DNA of 64,000 bases from Alphaproteobacteria bacterium (GTDB lineage Bacteria; Pseudomonadota; Alphaproteobacteria; SPJN01). Position 1 is the stretch's first letter; each line of letters begins with the position of its first letter. Under the pieces are notes generated by a model. The model saw only the letters and a program-made list of their open reading frames with translations, was not told the origin of the DNA and ran no database searches. The position numbers and the translations under genes are program-made. Where the stretch lies: assembly GCA_049609145.1 (NCBI GenBank), contig JBMYYF010000003.1:247770-311769 (forward strand), in the 5' to 3' direction. Below, piece by piece: positions 1 through 11,318 of the stretch.

Positions 1-632
1 ATGCCCGTAACACCCAAAATGCCGATCACCACCACAAACATCATCGGCAGGCCCGCAATAAAGAGCTGCGCGCCAAACACCAAGGACAGCAGAACCGTTT
101 GTCCCAAATCCTTTTGCAGAAGCACCAATGCAGCGCTTACCGTGAACAAGCCAATGGCCAGCAGCGCGCCAGGCACTTGATCGTTCTTTTTACCTTCGGC
201 CAACAACCAAGCACATGTCACCGCCAAGGCCGGTTTTAGAAACTCCGACGGTTGCAAGCTGAACGGCCCGATATAAAGCCAGCGATGCGCACCCTTAATT
301 TCCGGCCCGAAGAAATGGGTCAACACAACAGCGAACAGGGAGCCCGCCAACAACAACATCGCAAAACGACGTGCCTCTTTCAAATCAAGTAAGGAGACGC
401 CAATCATCAACCCCAAGGCGGGTATCAAAAACACTGCCTGGCGCGCTACAAAGTGGCTATCGCTCAACCCCAAACGCCCCGCCGCAGCAGGCCCGGCAGC
501 CAAAATCATCAAAAAGCCAACGCCGATCAACAGACCAACACCGGCGATCAACCACCGATCAACCGTCCACCACCATTCCGACATGCGGCTGGTGTCGGTG
601 CGCGCAAATGCCATGACAGTACTTGTATTCAT
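1..632 (-). CDS. ftsW: Cell division SEDS protein FtsW (5' part, truncated by the window edge)
   Basis: Minus frame starting at 632 overlaps the murD stop. It reads M...FARTDTSRMSEWWWTVDRW... and carries the EIKGAHRW and LQPSEFLKP motifs. Position directly after murD in the dcw cluster. Confidence 0.93.
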   Translation of the reverse strand, partial: MNTSTVMAFARTDTSRMSEWWWTVDRWLIAGVGLLIGVGFLMILAAGPAAAGRLGLSDSHFVARQAVFLIPALGLMIGVSLLDLKEARRFAMLLLAGSLFAVVLTHFFGPEIKGAHRWLYIGPFSLQPSEFLKPALAVTCAWLLAEGKKNDQVPGALLAIGLFTVSAALVLLQKDLGQTVLLSLVFGAQLFIAGLPMMFVVVIGILGVTG

Positions 633-2008
633 GACGCTTCACCTCCGTGATGCAATGCTTGAACAGCCGCGCGAAAGGCCTCTCCGCGGGCTTCAAAATC
701 TTTAAACTGATCGAACGATGCCGCCGCGGGCGAAAGCAAAACAACACCGCCCGTTTGCTTGGCATCTACCAAAGCTTTAGCTGTGGCTTGTTCAATTGTA
801 TTTGAAATCTGTGTTGGCACCTTGCCCGCCAATTCTTGTGCAAATTGCGCCGCTGCCTCCCCGATCAGATAAGCTTGGGTGACGTTACCCAACCCCTCAT
901 AAAGTGGGGCCAGCCCCCCCTCTTTCGGCTTGCCGCCGGCGATCCAGTAAATGTTGGTAAACGCCGCCAATGCTTTCGCCGCTGCTTCGGCGTTGGTGGC
1001 TTTGGAATCATTCACAAAGCGCACCCCATCAATGCAGCCAATGGTTTCAATGCGATGCGCCAGACCGGGAAAACTTTTGATCCGCGCCGCAATCGCCTCG
1101 CGTTCCATTCCTGCCAGCTTGCAAGCCGCATAGGCAGCGGCTGCGTTTTGCCCATTATGGGCACCGGGCATGGCCGGTGCATCAGCCATGTTGAGCACAG
1201 CCACAGCCGCCCCATCCATGGCATCGAACAAGGTGCCATCTTCTATGAAAACACCATGACTAAGCGCGCCATTGATCGAAATCGGCACCACGTTCAAGCG
1301 CCCCTCTGCCGCCAGCCCGGCACAAATACCGGCACTGTCGGGATCATCCACACCAATCACCGCATTTGCCCCATCGCGCTGCATAGCGAACAAGCGTTTC
1401 TTCGCAGCCTGATAGCCCGCAAAATTGCCATGCCGGTCAAGATGATCCGGCGCAAGGTTCAGCAAGATCGCCGTATCGCAGGCCAAGGTTTGGGTCAGAT
1501 CAATTTGATAAGATGAAAGCTCAATCACATAGTGATCGGCGCTGGCTGGCAAATTCAGCACGGCTTCCCCAATATTGCCGCCAACCGCTGAACCTTGAAT
1601 ACAATGACCAATCAAGGCCGTCGTCGTCGACTTGCCGTTGGTCCCGGTGATCCCCGTTAGGCGGCTTTTATTTGCATCCCCCGCACACATCACCTGTGCG
1701 AATAACTCAGTATCCCCAATAACGGGACACCCCTGATCCTTCGCCAGCACCACAACTTCGTGCGGTTTGGGATGCGTGAACGGTACGCCCGGCGAAAGCA
1801 CCAAGGCTGAGGCCCCGGTCAACACGGTTTCGTTCAACTCCGCCGTTTCAAATCCCTGTTCCGCCGCAGCCTTTAAAGCGGCCTCATTCCCATCGCCCAA
1901 CACCACATGTGCGCCACCGGCCCGCAACGCGCGCGCGGCCGATAAGCCCGTGCGTCCCAGCCCGAAAATGGCGACCAAACGGCCCTGATATGTGGCGACT
2001 TCAATCAA
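629..2008 (-). CDS. murD: UDP-MurNAc-L-Ala:D-glutamate ligase
   Basis: GLGRTG, ITGTNGKSTT, ELSSYQ, NDSKATN and LLSPAAASFDQF motifs; TTG start. Confidence 0.97.
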   Translation of the reverse strand: MIEVATYQGRLVAIFGLGRTGLSAARALRAGGAHVVLGDGNEAALKAAAEQGFETAELNETVLTGASALVLSPGVPFTHPKPHEVVVLAKDQGCPVIGDTELFAQVMCAGDANKSRLTGITGTNGKSTTTALIGHCIQGSAVGGNIGEAVLNLPASADHYVIELSSYQIDLTQTLACDTAILLNLAPDHLDRHGNFAGYQAAKKRLFAMQRDGANAVIGVDDPDSAGICAGLAAEGRLNVVPISINGALSHGVFIEDGTLFDAMDGAAVAVLNMADAPAMPGAHNGQNAAAAYAACKLAGMEREAIAARIKSFPGLAHRIETIGCIDGVRFVNDSKATNAEAAAKALAAFTNIYWIAGGKPKEGGLAPLYEGLGNVTQAYLIGEAAAQFAQELAGKVPTQISNTIEQATAKALVDAKQTGGVVLLSPAAASFDQFKDFEARGEAFRAAVQALHHGGEAS

Positions 2009-2009
2009 T

Positions 2010-3098
2010 TTAGCGCAGCTTCAAGGTTGAAAGGCCAATCAGCGCCAGCACCACTGCGATGATCCAAAAGCGGATCACAATCGTGGGCTCTGCCCAGCCT
2101 TTTTGTTCATAATGATGATGCAATGGGGCCATGCGAAAAACGCGCTTGCCTGTCAGCTTAAAGCTGGCAACCTGCACCATGACAGACACAGTTTCCAACA
2201 CGAACACACCGCCAATAATGCCCAGCACAATTTCGTGCTTTGCGATTACCGCGACCGAGCCCAAGGCCCCGCCCATGGCGAGCGATCCCGTATCGCCCAT
2301 AAAGATTTTTGCGGGCGGGGCGTTAAACCATAGAAAGCCCAAACCTGCACCCACCAAAGCGCCCAAAAACACCGCAAGTTCACCCGCGCCTGGCACGCCG
2401 GGAATTTGCAGATATTCTGAATAGGTCGCATGCCCCACAAGGTATGAGATAAAGGCAAAGCTCATTGCCGCGATCATTACCGGCACAATCGCCAAGCCAT
2501 CCAACCCATCGGTCAGGTTTACGGCATTGCCCGCGCCAACAATCACAAAGGCCGCGATGGGTATGAAGAAGATGCCCAAATCAAACATCAGTGTTTTGAT
2601 GAACGGCACCGCAAGTTGCGTCGCCATTTCAGGCTCCGCGACGACAGATGCCCAATAAACCGCCCCAACAGCAATCGCCGTTTCAATCACCAGCTTGATC
2701 TTGCCGGGAAACCCCGCGGTAGAATGCTTGGAGACTTTCAGATAGTCATCCACAAATCCAATCGCGCCATAACCAACCGTCACCAGCAGCACAATCCACA
2801 CATAGCTGTTGGAAAGATCCGCCCACAACAAGGTAGACACCGCCATAGAGATCAAGATCAGAAAGCCGCCCATGGTGGGCGTGCCTTGCTTTTCAATAAT
2901 ATGCCGTTCCGGCCCATCATCGCGAATGGGTTGCCCCTTACCTTGACTGGCTTTCAATTTGGCAATCAGGCTTGGGCCAATCACAAAGGCAATAAACAAC
3001 GCCGTCATGATCGCGCCACCTGTCCTGAATGTCAGGTAACGAAACACATTGAAGATCACATATTCATCCGCCAAAGGCGCAAGCAAATTAAACAGCAT
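2010..3098 (-). CDS. mraY: Phospho-N-acetylmuramoyl-pentapeptide transferase
   Basis: [29 protein letters not shown] and MAPLHHHYE motifs; start placed at MLFNLL. Confidence 0.97.
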   Translation of the reverse strand: MLFNLLAPLADEYVIFNVFRYLTFRTGGAIMTALFIAFVIGPSLIAKLKASQGKGQPIRDDGPERHIIEKQGTPTMGGFLILISMAVSTLLWADLSNSYVWIVLLVTVGYGAIGFVDDYLKVSKHSTAGFPGKIKLVIETAIAVGAVYWASVVAEPEMATQLAVPFIKTLMFDLGIFFIPIAAFVIVGAGNAVNLTDGLDGLAIVPVMIAAMSFAFISYLVGHATYSEYLQIPGVPGAGELAVFLGALVGAGLGFLWFNAPPAKIFMGDTGSLAMGGALGSVAVIAKHEIVLGIIGGVFVLETVSVMVQVASFKLTGKRVFRMAPLHHHYEQKGWAEPTIVIRFWIIAVVLALIGLSTLKLR

Positions 3099-4485
3099 GG
3101 GGTGTTTCCTCTGGCGTGAAGGCGGCGATAATTTGTTCAAGCCCGACAGAGCGTGATCCCTTTATCGCCAGCACATCATTGGCATTGATTAAATCCGGCA
3201 CCTTTGCGGCAGCCTTCTTTGCATCCGCAAAATGGGGGCCGCGCAGCGCTTTCGGCAAGGCGCGGTTCAGCGCCTTCATTTCCGGCCCCACAGTAATCAC
3301 CATATCGGTCGCCGTGCTGGCGTGGCTTGCAAGGGCGGCGTGTTCTGCGGCGCTCACATCGCCCAGTTCTTTCATATCTCCCAGCAAAGCAATGCGGCGA
3401 CCTTGGCGTTTGGTTTTGGTTGCCGCCAAAACCTCAAACATCGCGCGCATGGAAGGGGGGCTGGCATTATAGCTTTCATCAATGATCAAAGCTGTGCCGC
3501 GGCCTGCTTGTACTTTCAGGCGCACGCCGCGCCCTTTGGGTGGCGTTAAGGTTCCCAGCGCGATGGCGGCACGGGCCATATCACCTGTCATTTCCTTAGC
3601 GACTGCCAAAACCGCCAGCGCGTTGCGGGCATGGTGATCGCCCACCAAGCCAAGCTTGAATGTAACGGGCGCGCCGCCTGCAATCGCTTTCACGCAGGTG
3701 CAAGTGTCATGTGGCACCGTGCGTTCAAGGCTCAGCATCGCGCCTTCATTGCGCCCAAAGGAAACAACGCGGCTGGCACCATTACCCAAGGCAAAATCAG
3801 TAAGCAAATCAAAATGGGGATTGTCATGCGGCAACACGGCAATGCCGCCCGGCAGCAATCCTTCAAAAATTTCTGCCTTGGCGCGCGCGATCTCTGCCAC
3901 GCTTTCAAAGAATTCCATATGCACGCCTTGCACCTCCGTCACCACCGCAAGGCGGGGGCGGGCAAGCTTGGTAAGCGGGCGAATTTCACCGGCATGGTTC
4001 ATGCCAATTTCAATCACGGCGAAATCGGTGTCCCGCGGCATCCGCGCCAAGGTGAGCGGCACACCCCAATGATTGTTGAAGCTGCCAACCGGCGCATGGG
4101 TTTTGCCGCAGGCAGAAAGCACATGTGCCAAGGCTTCCTTCATGCCGGTTTTGCCGACAGAGCCCGTGACCGCTACCACATCAGCCGCCGTGCGAGCACG
4201 CGCCGCGCGCGCAATATCATACAGCGCTTCAAACGTGTCATCGACAATCAAGGCGCGGCCCAACCCGGCGATTTCTTGATGAATAAGGGGAATGGCCCCT
4301 TTTTCCAGCGCCGCCAAGGCGTGATCGTGCCCATCGTGAAGCGGGCCTTTGAGCGCAATAAACAAATCACCCTTTTGCGCGGTACGACTATCAATCGATA
4401 CACCTTCAACCTCGAAGGCACCGCCGATTACTTTGCCACGGGTTGCACGCCGAAGGGCGGCTGATGTCCAAAGCGGTGTGTTCAT
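3088..4485 (-). CDS. murF: UDP-MurNAc-tripeptide:D-Ala-D-Ala ligase
   Basis: [32 protein letters not shown] and DESYNASP motifs. Confidence 0.96.
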   Translation of the reverse strand: MNTPLWTSAALRRATRGKVIGGAFEVEGVSIDSRTAQKGDLFIALKGPLHDGHDHALAALEKGAIPLIHQEIAGLGRALIVDDTFEALYDIARAARARTAADVVAVTGSVGKTGMKEALAHVLSACGKTHAPVGSFNNHWGVPLTLARMPRDTDFAVIEIGMNHAGEIRPLTKLARPRLAVVTEVQGVHMEFFESVAEIARAKAEIFEGLLPGGIAVLPHDNPHFDLLTDFALGNGASRVVSFGRNEGAMLSLERTVPHDTCTCVKAIAGGAPVTFKLGLVGDHHARNALAVLAVAKEMTGDMARAAIALGTLTPPKGRGVRLKVQAGRGTALIIDESYNASPPSMRAMFEVLAATKTKRQGRRIALLGDMKELGDVSAAEHAALASHASTATDMVITVGPEMKALNRALPKALRGPHFADAKKAAAKVPDLINANDVLAIKGSRSVGLEQIIAAFTPEETPHAV

Positions 4486-5924
4486 ACCGCACCTCGCGCA
4501 ACATCAGCATCACTGAAGGGCAATACCTTGTCACCAATGATTTGGCCGCTTTCATGGCCCTTGCCTGCCAACAACACGACATCACCGGCACCCGCTTGCG
4601 CGATCGCAGCCTCAATCGCTTGGGCCCGATCTGCAATCTCATGCGCATCGGGGCTTGCTTGCAAAATTTCCTGCCGGATCAAGGCAGCGTCTTCTGTCCG
4701 CGGATTATCATCGGTCACGATCACCAGATCAGCCAAGCGATGGGCGATCTCGCCCATAAGGGGGCGCTTGCCTTTGTCACGATCCCCGCCGCACCCAAAC
4801 ACGACACATAAAGACCCTGCCACATGTGGACGCAGCGCTTTCAACACGGTTTCAAGCGCATCCGGCGTGTGGGCATAATCCACAAGAATAGGCGCACCAC
4901 TTTTTGCGCGCGCTACTTGCTCCATGCGGCCTGCAACACCTTTGAGGTGCGATAGCGCTGCAACCGCGCCCGCCAGATCACCGCCGGTTTGATGCACCAG
5001 CGCCACGGCCATAATTGCATTGCGCAGTTGAAAGCCACCGATCAACGGCAAATCAACCTCATACCGATCCCCGGCAAATTCAAGCGCGGCGCGAATGCCT
5101 TGGCCGTGTGGCACCACATCGCCTAAGGCATAATCACCGCCAATCGTCAGCAGCTTAAGGCGGCGCTCTTTCGCAATTTCTTGCAACGCCGTTTGTGTTT
5201 CATGATCCAGCCCGGCATCCACAATCGCTGTGCCGCCTTCATCCATTACGCGATCAAACAGGCCCAACTTGGCAATGCGGTACGCGCCCAAATCAGGATG
5301 ATAATCCAAATGGTCCCGCCCCAGATTGGTGAACCCCGCCGCCGCGACCTTCACCCCATCCATGCGGAATTGATCCAACCCGTGGGAGGATGCTTCCAAC
5401 GCCAACGCTGTCACGCCATTTTTGGCGGCACGTTGCAGGGCTTTGTGCAAGCCCACCGGATCAGGCGTGGTGTGACCAAAATCAATCGCGGCGCCATCGC
5501 TCATCTTCAGGCCCAGCGTGCCAAGGGCCGCGCCCTTTACACCCAGATGCGCCCAAATCTGGCGCACAAATTCAACGGTGGAAGATTTGCCGTTGGTGCC
5601 GGTCACCGCAACCGCCAGTTCAGGCTGGGGGGCATAAAACCTCGCTGCCATATGGGCCAGGGCACGATGGGGCTTTTCATCGGCAACAAACGCCAATCCC
5701 AAATCTGTTGCCCGTTCACGTGCGCCTGGCGCACCCAAGGCAGCAACCGCACCCGCGGCAACAGCTTTGTCCAAGAAATCTGCGCCATCTACCTTGGTGC
5801 CGGGCAAGGCCGCAAACAAGTAGCCGGGCTTGAGGGCACGGCTATCGGCGCTGAGCCCCTCAATCATCAGGTCTTCATGCGTTTCCGGACAGCCGGTTCC
5901 AGCCAAGGCAGCGAGAGACATCAT
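4482..5924 (-). CDS. murE: UDP-MurNAc-dipeptide:meso-DAP ligase
   Basis: VTGTNGKSS, EASSHGL, VDYAHTPD, DDNPR (DAP-specific) and AGKGHE motifs. Confidence 0.97.
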   Translation of the reverse strand: MMSLAALAGTGCPETHEDLMIEGLSADSRALKPGYLFAALPGTKVDGADFLDKAVAAGAVAALGAPGARERATDLGLAFVADEKPHRALAHMAARFYAPQPELAVAVTGTNGKSSTVEFVRQIWAHLGVKGAALGTLGLKMSDGAAIDFGHTTPDPVGLHKALQRAAKNGVTALALEASSHGLDQFRMDGVKVAAAGFTNLGRDHLDYHPDLGAYRIAKLGLFDRVMDEGGTAIVDAGLDHETQTALQEIAKERRLKLLTIGGDYALGDVVPHGQGIRAALEFAGDRYEVDLPLIGGFQLRNAIMAVALVHQTGGDLAGAVAALSHLKGVAGRMEQVARAKSGAPILVDYAHTPDALETVLKALRPHVAGSLCVVFGCGGDRDKGKRPLMGEIAHRLADLVIVTDDNPRTEDAALIRQEILQASPDAHEIADRAQAIEAAIAQAGAGDVVLLAGKGHESGQIIGDKVLPFSDADVARGAV

Positions 5925-7765
5925 TGCGCCCCCCCGGCCTTACGCGCTTTTTCAGCACTTGCCAAAATTACGGAAAGGGCGCGCACAGATTCTACATCCG
6001 GCGCATCATATTCAACTGGCTGCAACCCCAATAGCGGCCCAATGCGGCCAACGATTGCACCCACCGTGGGTGCTGCATTCCAACCCGCAGTGGCAAAACC
6101 CCATGTCTTTTTGGTGCCGCGCGGCTCATCCAACACGGCCACAACCGCATAACGCGGATCATGCGCCGGAAAAATGCCCGCAAAGGACGTAACCATGGCC
6201 CGGCGATTATAGCCGCGTTTGGTGCTTTTTTCAGCCGTGCCGGTTTTGCCACCTACCAAATAGCCCTCAGCCTCGGCCTGTTTGCCGGTACCGGTTTCAA
6301 CCACAAGTCTAAGAAGGCCGCGCATCAGCATAGATGTATCTTCACTCATCACCCGCCTTGCACCCGCGCCTTCCTTATCGCCCAGAACGGGCAATAATGT
6401 GGCAGGCCGAAACAAGCCACCATTCACAGTGGCAGATAATGCAGTGGCGATATGCAATGGTGTCACCGCAATGCCATGACCGAAGGAAACAGTCATGCGG
6501 TTCACATCGCGCCATGCTTCCGGCGTTAAGGGCCGCGCCGCCTCGTACAGTTCAACACCGGGCGCATCCATCAGCCCCAAACTTTTCAGGAACTGCCAAT
6601 GCGTATCCGGCGAAACCGACAGCGCCATTTTGGAGGCGCCAATATTGGAGGAATGCATGACCACCTCCGGCACAGTCAGCCAACGGTTTTCGGCGTGATG
6701 ATCACGAATGGAATGCCGCCCAATACGAATTGGCTTGGTCGCATCATAGCTGGTGGTCAGCCGCGCCACGCCTTTGTCCAGCACCATGGCAGTGGTGAAC
6801 GCCTTAAATGTAGACCCCATCTCATAACGACTTGAAACGGCATTGTTACGCTTGAACTCAGGGTTCGCCTCGCCGGGGCGATTGGGATCGAAATCAGGCA
6901 GAGAGACAAGCGCCACGACCTCACCCGTGTTTACATCCATCACCACACCCGCCGCACCCTTGGCCGAAAACGTCTTCATGGAATGTTGCAGCTCGGCGCG
7001 CACGGCATGTTGCACCCGAATATCCAACGAAAGCGAAAGCGGCGCGCCTTTTGATCCACGCGCTTTCAGTTCGCCATTCATGGAACGCTCTATGCCTTCA
7101 AGGCCCTCATCATCCACATTTACAAAGCCCAAAACGTGTGACGCCAAGGCCCCATGCGGATAGAAACGCTGATCCTCATAACGAAAGCCAATGCCGGGCA
7201 GGCCCAGCGCCAACACCTTGGCTTCTTCCTGCGGTGACAAGCCCCGCTTGATCCATTGAAAACGCCCGTCAGAAATCAACTTCTGGCGCACCATCTCCAC
7301 CGACAGATCAGGCAGCACCGAGACAAGTCTAAGCGCCGTATCACGCGCATCCAAAATGCGCGACGGGTCCGCATAGACAGAGGCGGTTTGCAAATTAGTG
7401 GCAAGAAGCGCGCCATTGCGGTCAACAATCTCGGCACGGCCCTTGGGCGTTGCCGCCTCCAGCCGCGTGGCCAGGGGCGACACATCCCCGCCCAAAAGCG
7501 AAAGATCCAGCAAGCGCAAAGCAAGCACGGCAAAGCAGGCCATAAAGGCCAGCGCTACCAGCGCCAAACGATCACGGCCCGTATCCACCGCCTGCTTTTC
7601 AACGCCTGTCAGCGTAAAACCCGCATCGGCCTTTGGTTTGGCAAAGCCAGAAACTTGATTTGGCACATGCACGGCCCCAGCCGCTTCATCGCGCGGCCAA
7701 ACACGTTGCGTTACCTCCAGCCCTTCGCTGCCATCACCCTTATTGTTGGTTGGCCCCCCGCTCAC
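5921..7765 (-). CDS. ftsI: Class B penicillin-binding protein (septal transpeptidase PBP3)
   Basis: N-terminal TM segment; RAEIVDRNG, STFK (SxxK), SSN (SxN) and KTG motifs. Confidence 0.95.
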   Translation of the reverse strand: MSGGPTNNKGDGSEGLEVTQRVWPRDEAAGAVHVPNQVSGFAKPKADAGFTLTGVEKQAVDTGRDRLALVALAFMACFAVLALRLLDLSLLGGDVSPLATRLEAATPKGRAEIVDRNGALLATNLQTASVYADPSRILDARDTALRLVSVLPDLSVEMVRQKLISDGRFQWIKRGLSPQEEAKVLALGLPGIGFRYEDQRFYPHGALASHVLGFVNVDDEGLEGIERSMNGELKARGSKGAPLSLSLDIRVQHAVRAELQHSMKTFSAKGAAGVVMDVNTGEVVALVSLPDFDPNRPGEANPEFKRNNAVSSRYEMGSTFKAFTTAMVLDKGVARLTTSYDATKPIRIGRHSIRDHHAENRWLTVPEVVMHSSNIGASKMALSVSPDTHWQFLKSLGLMDAPGVELYEAARPLTPEAWRDVNRMTVSFGHGIAVTPLHIATALSATVNGGLFRPATLLPVLGDKEGAGARRVMSEDTSMLMRGLLRLVVETGTGKQAEAEGYLVGGKTGTAEKSTKRGYNRRAMVTSFAGIFPAHDPRYAVVAVLDEPRGTKKTWGFATAGWNAAPTVGAIVGRIGPLLGLQPVEYDAPDVESVRALSVILASAEKARKAGGAQ

Positions 7766-8292
7766 TGCCCGCTCCCGCTATAGCTGGCAGGCCGCAAAGC
7801 GCGGCGCGCATAATTAGCGATGGCATGGCGCGTATTGGGGTCCATGCTGGCATAGGATTTGCTCAACCGATCATTTGTCGTGTGCCGTGGCCGACGATTA
7901 GGGGTGGCGGGCGCCAGCACAACTTGCTGTTCCTCCGCCACAGCTTCCACCCCGGCCTCTGCCTCAGTGGCCGCTTCGGCCAAACGGATTACCTCGGCCT
8001 CTTGCTCCAGCACATCAAAACGCACCGGCAGCTCCGCCACTTGGGCGCGATGATCCACCTTCAATGGCTTGAGCGTAAGATAACGCCCCGCCAATTCTTC
8101 CAACCGCTCTGGCCGGGAAAGGTAAGCCCACTCGGCTTTCAGCAGGGCCGTTTGCTTACGAATATCGTGAATGTCCCGCGCGGTTTTATCGGCTTGTTGA
8201 CGCACTTCCTTCACCTCACCTTTGAGGGAGTATGTGCCAAATGCGACAAGCGAAATGGTGACAACGGCGGCAATAATGGCATTGCGATTCAT
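7762..8292 (-). CDS. ftsL: Cell division protein FtsL-like (TM, coiled coil, C-terminal extension)
   Basis: Lies between rsmH and ftsI; LKAEWAYLSRPERL motif typical of alphaproteobacterial FtsL. Confidence 0.85.
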   Translation of the reverse strand: MNRNAIIAAVVTISLVAFGTYSLKGEVKEVRQQADKTARDIHDIRKQTALLKAEWAYLSRPERLEELAGRYLTLKPLKVDHRAQVAELPVRFDVLEQEAEVIRLAEAATEAEAGVEAVAEEQQVVLAPATPNRRPRHTTNDRLSKSYASMDPNTRHAIANYARRALRPASYSGSGQ

Positions 8293-9299
8293 CAGGCTGC
8301 CTCCCCATTCATGCCCACCGGCCAAGGGGCTGCAAAACGTTTGAAAGCCGGAGCAATAGCAGGCGCAGAGGTGCGCCGTGCCGCCCGCAGCTTGGCAGAC
8401 CGCGCACGCGGATTGCGCGCACACTCAGCCTCACCCGCCACGATCGGCTTGCGGGTCAAAATCTCGAAACTGGGTTGAAAACTGTCTGCGCGCATATCCG
8501 GCATATGGCGTGAGCCGCTTTTCTCCGCCTCACCGCACATTTTAAGAAAACGCTTTACGATCCGGTCTTCCAGCGAATGGAAAGAAACAACCGCTAGGAT
8601 ACCGCCCGGCTTCAATGCCTGTTCCGCACCGATCAAGGCGCGGGCCAGTTCTCCCAACTCATCATTCACATAGATACGCAGGGCCTGAAAAGTCCGCGTT
8701 GCGGGATGAATTTTATCAGGGCGCACACCGCCCACCGCCTGCGCCACCAAATCAGCAAGGGCGCTTGTGGTTTCAATCGCATTTTCCTTGCGCGCATGGG
8801 TAACAGCGCGCGCAATGCGGCGCGCCTTGCGTTCTTCGCCATACGCAAAAAAGATATCCGCCAACAATCCTTCATCGGCCTCGTTCACCACATCTGCCGC
8901 GCTTACGCCAGATTGCGCCATGCGCATATCCAGCGGTCCATCCCCTTGGAATGAAAAGCCGCGCACCGCTTGGTCCAACTGCATGGACGACACACCGATA
9001 TCCAGCGCAATGCCATCAACCGGCGCCACACCGCGATCAGAAGCTATATCTGCCAAATCTGAAAAGCAGCCTTCATGCAAGGTCAACCGCCCGGCCATTT
9101 CATCCACCATGGCTTGGCCATTGGCAATCGCATCGGGGTCACGGTCAATTGCCAGCACGGCACAATCAGCCGCACCCAGCATCGCGCGCGTGTAACCACC
9201 CGCCCCAAAGGTACCATCAACCAAAACCGCGCCATCCTTGGGATCGAGCGCGGCCAAAACTTCATCTCTCAAAACAGGAATATGAGGGGCATCAGCCAT
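8292..9299 (-). CDS. rsmH: 16S rRNA m4C1402 methyltransferase
   Basis: [36 protein letters not shown] and [10 protein letters not shown] motifs. Confidence 0.97.
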   Translation of the reverse strand: MADAPHIPVLRDEVLAALDPKDGAVLVDGTFGAGGYTRAMLGAADCAVLAIDRDPDAIANGQAMVDEMAGRLTLHEGCFSDLADIASDRGVAPVDGIALDIGVSSMQLDQAVRGFSFQGDGPLDMRMAQSGVSAADVVNEADEGLLADIFFAYGEERKARRIARAVTHARKENAIETTSALADLVAQAVGGVRPDKIHPATRTFQALRIYVNDELGELARALIGAEQALKPGGILAVVSFHSLEDRIVKRFLKMCGEAEKSGSRHMPDMRADSFQPSFEILTRKPIVAGEAECARNPRARSAKLRAARRTSAPAIAPAFKRFAAPWPVGMNGEAA

Positions 9300-9789
9300 C
9301 TTTTGTGCCCCCGCTATCTGCGCCGCGCCGCCCGCGCAATGCTGCGCGTTTTTCCAGCGCAATCTTGCGCGCGCGCTCACTGTGTTCTTCCCAGCGATCC
9401 GGGTTCCAAATAAAGAACCTGTCACCCTGCCCCACAAAGGCCGCCATATCGGACAGGTCTGCATGGGTGATCAACTTCTCCGGCAACATGATGCGACCAT
9501 CGCCATCAAAATTCAGAACCTGCACATCGGACATTACGACAGAGGCAAAGGCGTCGCGTTCTTCGGAATAGGCATCCAGCGCCCCAACATCATCTGAAAT
9601 GTCGTCAAGCTGCTCCATCGACATGCCTTCAATCGCGTCATTCACGAAGGAGCGAAAGCAAACAACCCCATTGTGACGAGAGCCCACAACAGCTTGGCGG
9701 AAGGTGGCCGGCACAGACACGCGCCCCTTCTTGTCCACCTTATTGGTGAAACTGGAATAGAACCTGCTTTTGAAGCCGCTCTCAGCCAA
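9292..9789 (-). CDS. mraZ: Transcriptional regulator MraZ
   Basis: Two AbrB-like repeats ([18 protein letters not shown]); first gene of the dcw cluster. Confidence 0.93.
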   Translation of the reverse strand: MAESGFKSRFYSSFTNKVDKKGRVSVPATFRQAVVGSRHNGVVCFRSFVNDAIEGMSMEQLDDISDDVGALDAYSEERDAFASVVMSDVQVLNFDGDGRIMLPEKLITHADLSDMAAFVGQGDRFFIWNPDRWEEHSERARKIALEKRAALRGRRGADSGGTKDG

Positions 9790-10083
9790 AATCTTGCCTG
9801 CCCAATTACCTCGCGCAAATCATTGCCAGAGGCCCTGCCTGTTTGGTTGGCCGCCCGTTAACGCGCGGAAGCCTTACCGGTGAATACGCAAACCACCTCA
9901 ACTTTGTGGCAGCGGAGGCGGGTGCACCCCTCACAATCGATGCAACCCGCCCCTGCCAATCCTGATGTCATCCGATGTTGAGACGTGCCCGCGGGGCCGA
10001 ACCGGAAGTTTGAGACGCTGCAATCACGCCGCCCACGGCGTTTTTGCGGACATCAGGCACACGAAACCAACTCCGGTTTCGTA

Positions 10084-10108
10084 TGGGATGTATCGGGATA
10101 CCATGGGT
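10084..10108. promoter_or_regulatory. Putative MraZ operator: three TGGGN-like repeats with 5-nt spacers
   Basis: TGGGA-tgtat-CGGGA-tacca-TGGGT at a 10-bp period upstream of mraZ, matching the known MraZ repeat architecture. Confidence 0.65.
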
Positions 10109-10228
10109 TTTGATCTTTCGTCAATGGAAATCGACCTAAAGCCCAGTAAAAATAAGGCTTTTGAGTCCACTTGAGAATCCCCGGAAGGCCCAAAACAGAG
10201 ATCAAAAAGAGAACATGTCGGAAAAAAA

Positions 10229-10618
<390 letters not shown>

Positions 10619-10625
10619 GGCGGAC

Positions 10626-11318
10626 TTAACGGGGTTTTGTCAATGCGGTCAAGGCCTTGCGCGTACCCTGATCCGCGCAACCAGAGAAACAACTTGGCCT
10701 GAACCGCCGTTGGAATGCCCGGGTCGCCGCGGTTTCATCGCTTACATCATAACCAAAAGCGGCCAAGCCTTGGATCAGTTCGGCGCGATCGGCAGGCGTT
10801 TGGTCTTCGCAGCCTTGCGGCACCGGCAAACAAAGCCCCTGTGCCGCCAATCGCCCCCAAGGAAAATGCTCGCCCGGGTCTTGCTTGCGAGTGGGCGCAA
10901 TATCCGAATGCGCGACCACCCGGCTTTTGGGAACGCCATAGCGCCCCATAATCCCGGCCAGCAACTGCCCCACCACCTGCATCTGGCTATCTGGAAACAC
11001 TTGCAAGCTGCCATCTGCCATCAAAAAATCATGGCCGCGATTGACGATTTCTATGCCGATGGAGCACGAATTGATATCCGTCTCCCCGGCCCAAAAGCTC
11101 ACACCGGCATGCCAGGCGCGCTTATCTTCAGCCACAAGCTGCAACACCCGCCCGTCGCGTTCCACTACATAATGCGCCGAAACCTGCGCGGCGGGATCAC
11201 ACAAATGCGCCGTGGCCGCCGCCCCATTTTCCATGCCGGTATAATGCAGCACAACCATATTGATCGGGCCTGATGGACGTTCCCCAAAATTAGGCGATGG
11301 ATGTTGTATGATCTGCAT
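10626..11318 (-). CDS. N-acetylmuramoyl-L-alanine amidase (Amidase_2, AmiD/AmpD-like)
   Basis: VLHYTG, VSAHY, RAWHAGVS, SIGIEI, HSDIAP and RKQDPG motifs; C-terminal AFQRRFRP. Confidence 0.93.
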   Translation of the reverse strand: MQIIQHPSPNFGERPSGPINMVVLHYTGMENGAAATAHLCDPAAQVSAHYVVERDGRVLQLVAEDKRAWHAGVSFWAGETDINSCSIGIEIVNRGHDFLMADGSLQVFPDSQMQVVGQLLAGIMGRYGVPKSRVVAHSDIAPTRKQDPGEHFPWGRLAAQGLCLPVPQGCEDQTPADRAELIQGLAAFGYDVSDETAATRAFQRRFRPSCFSGCADQGTRKALTALTKPR

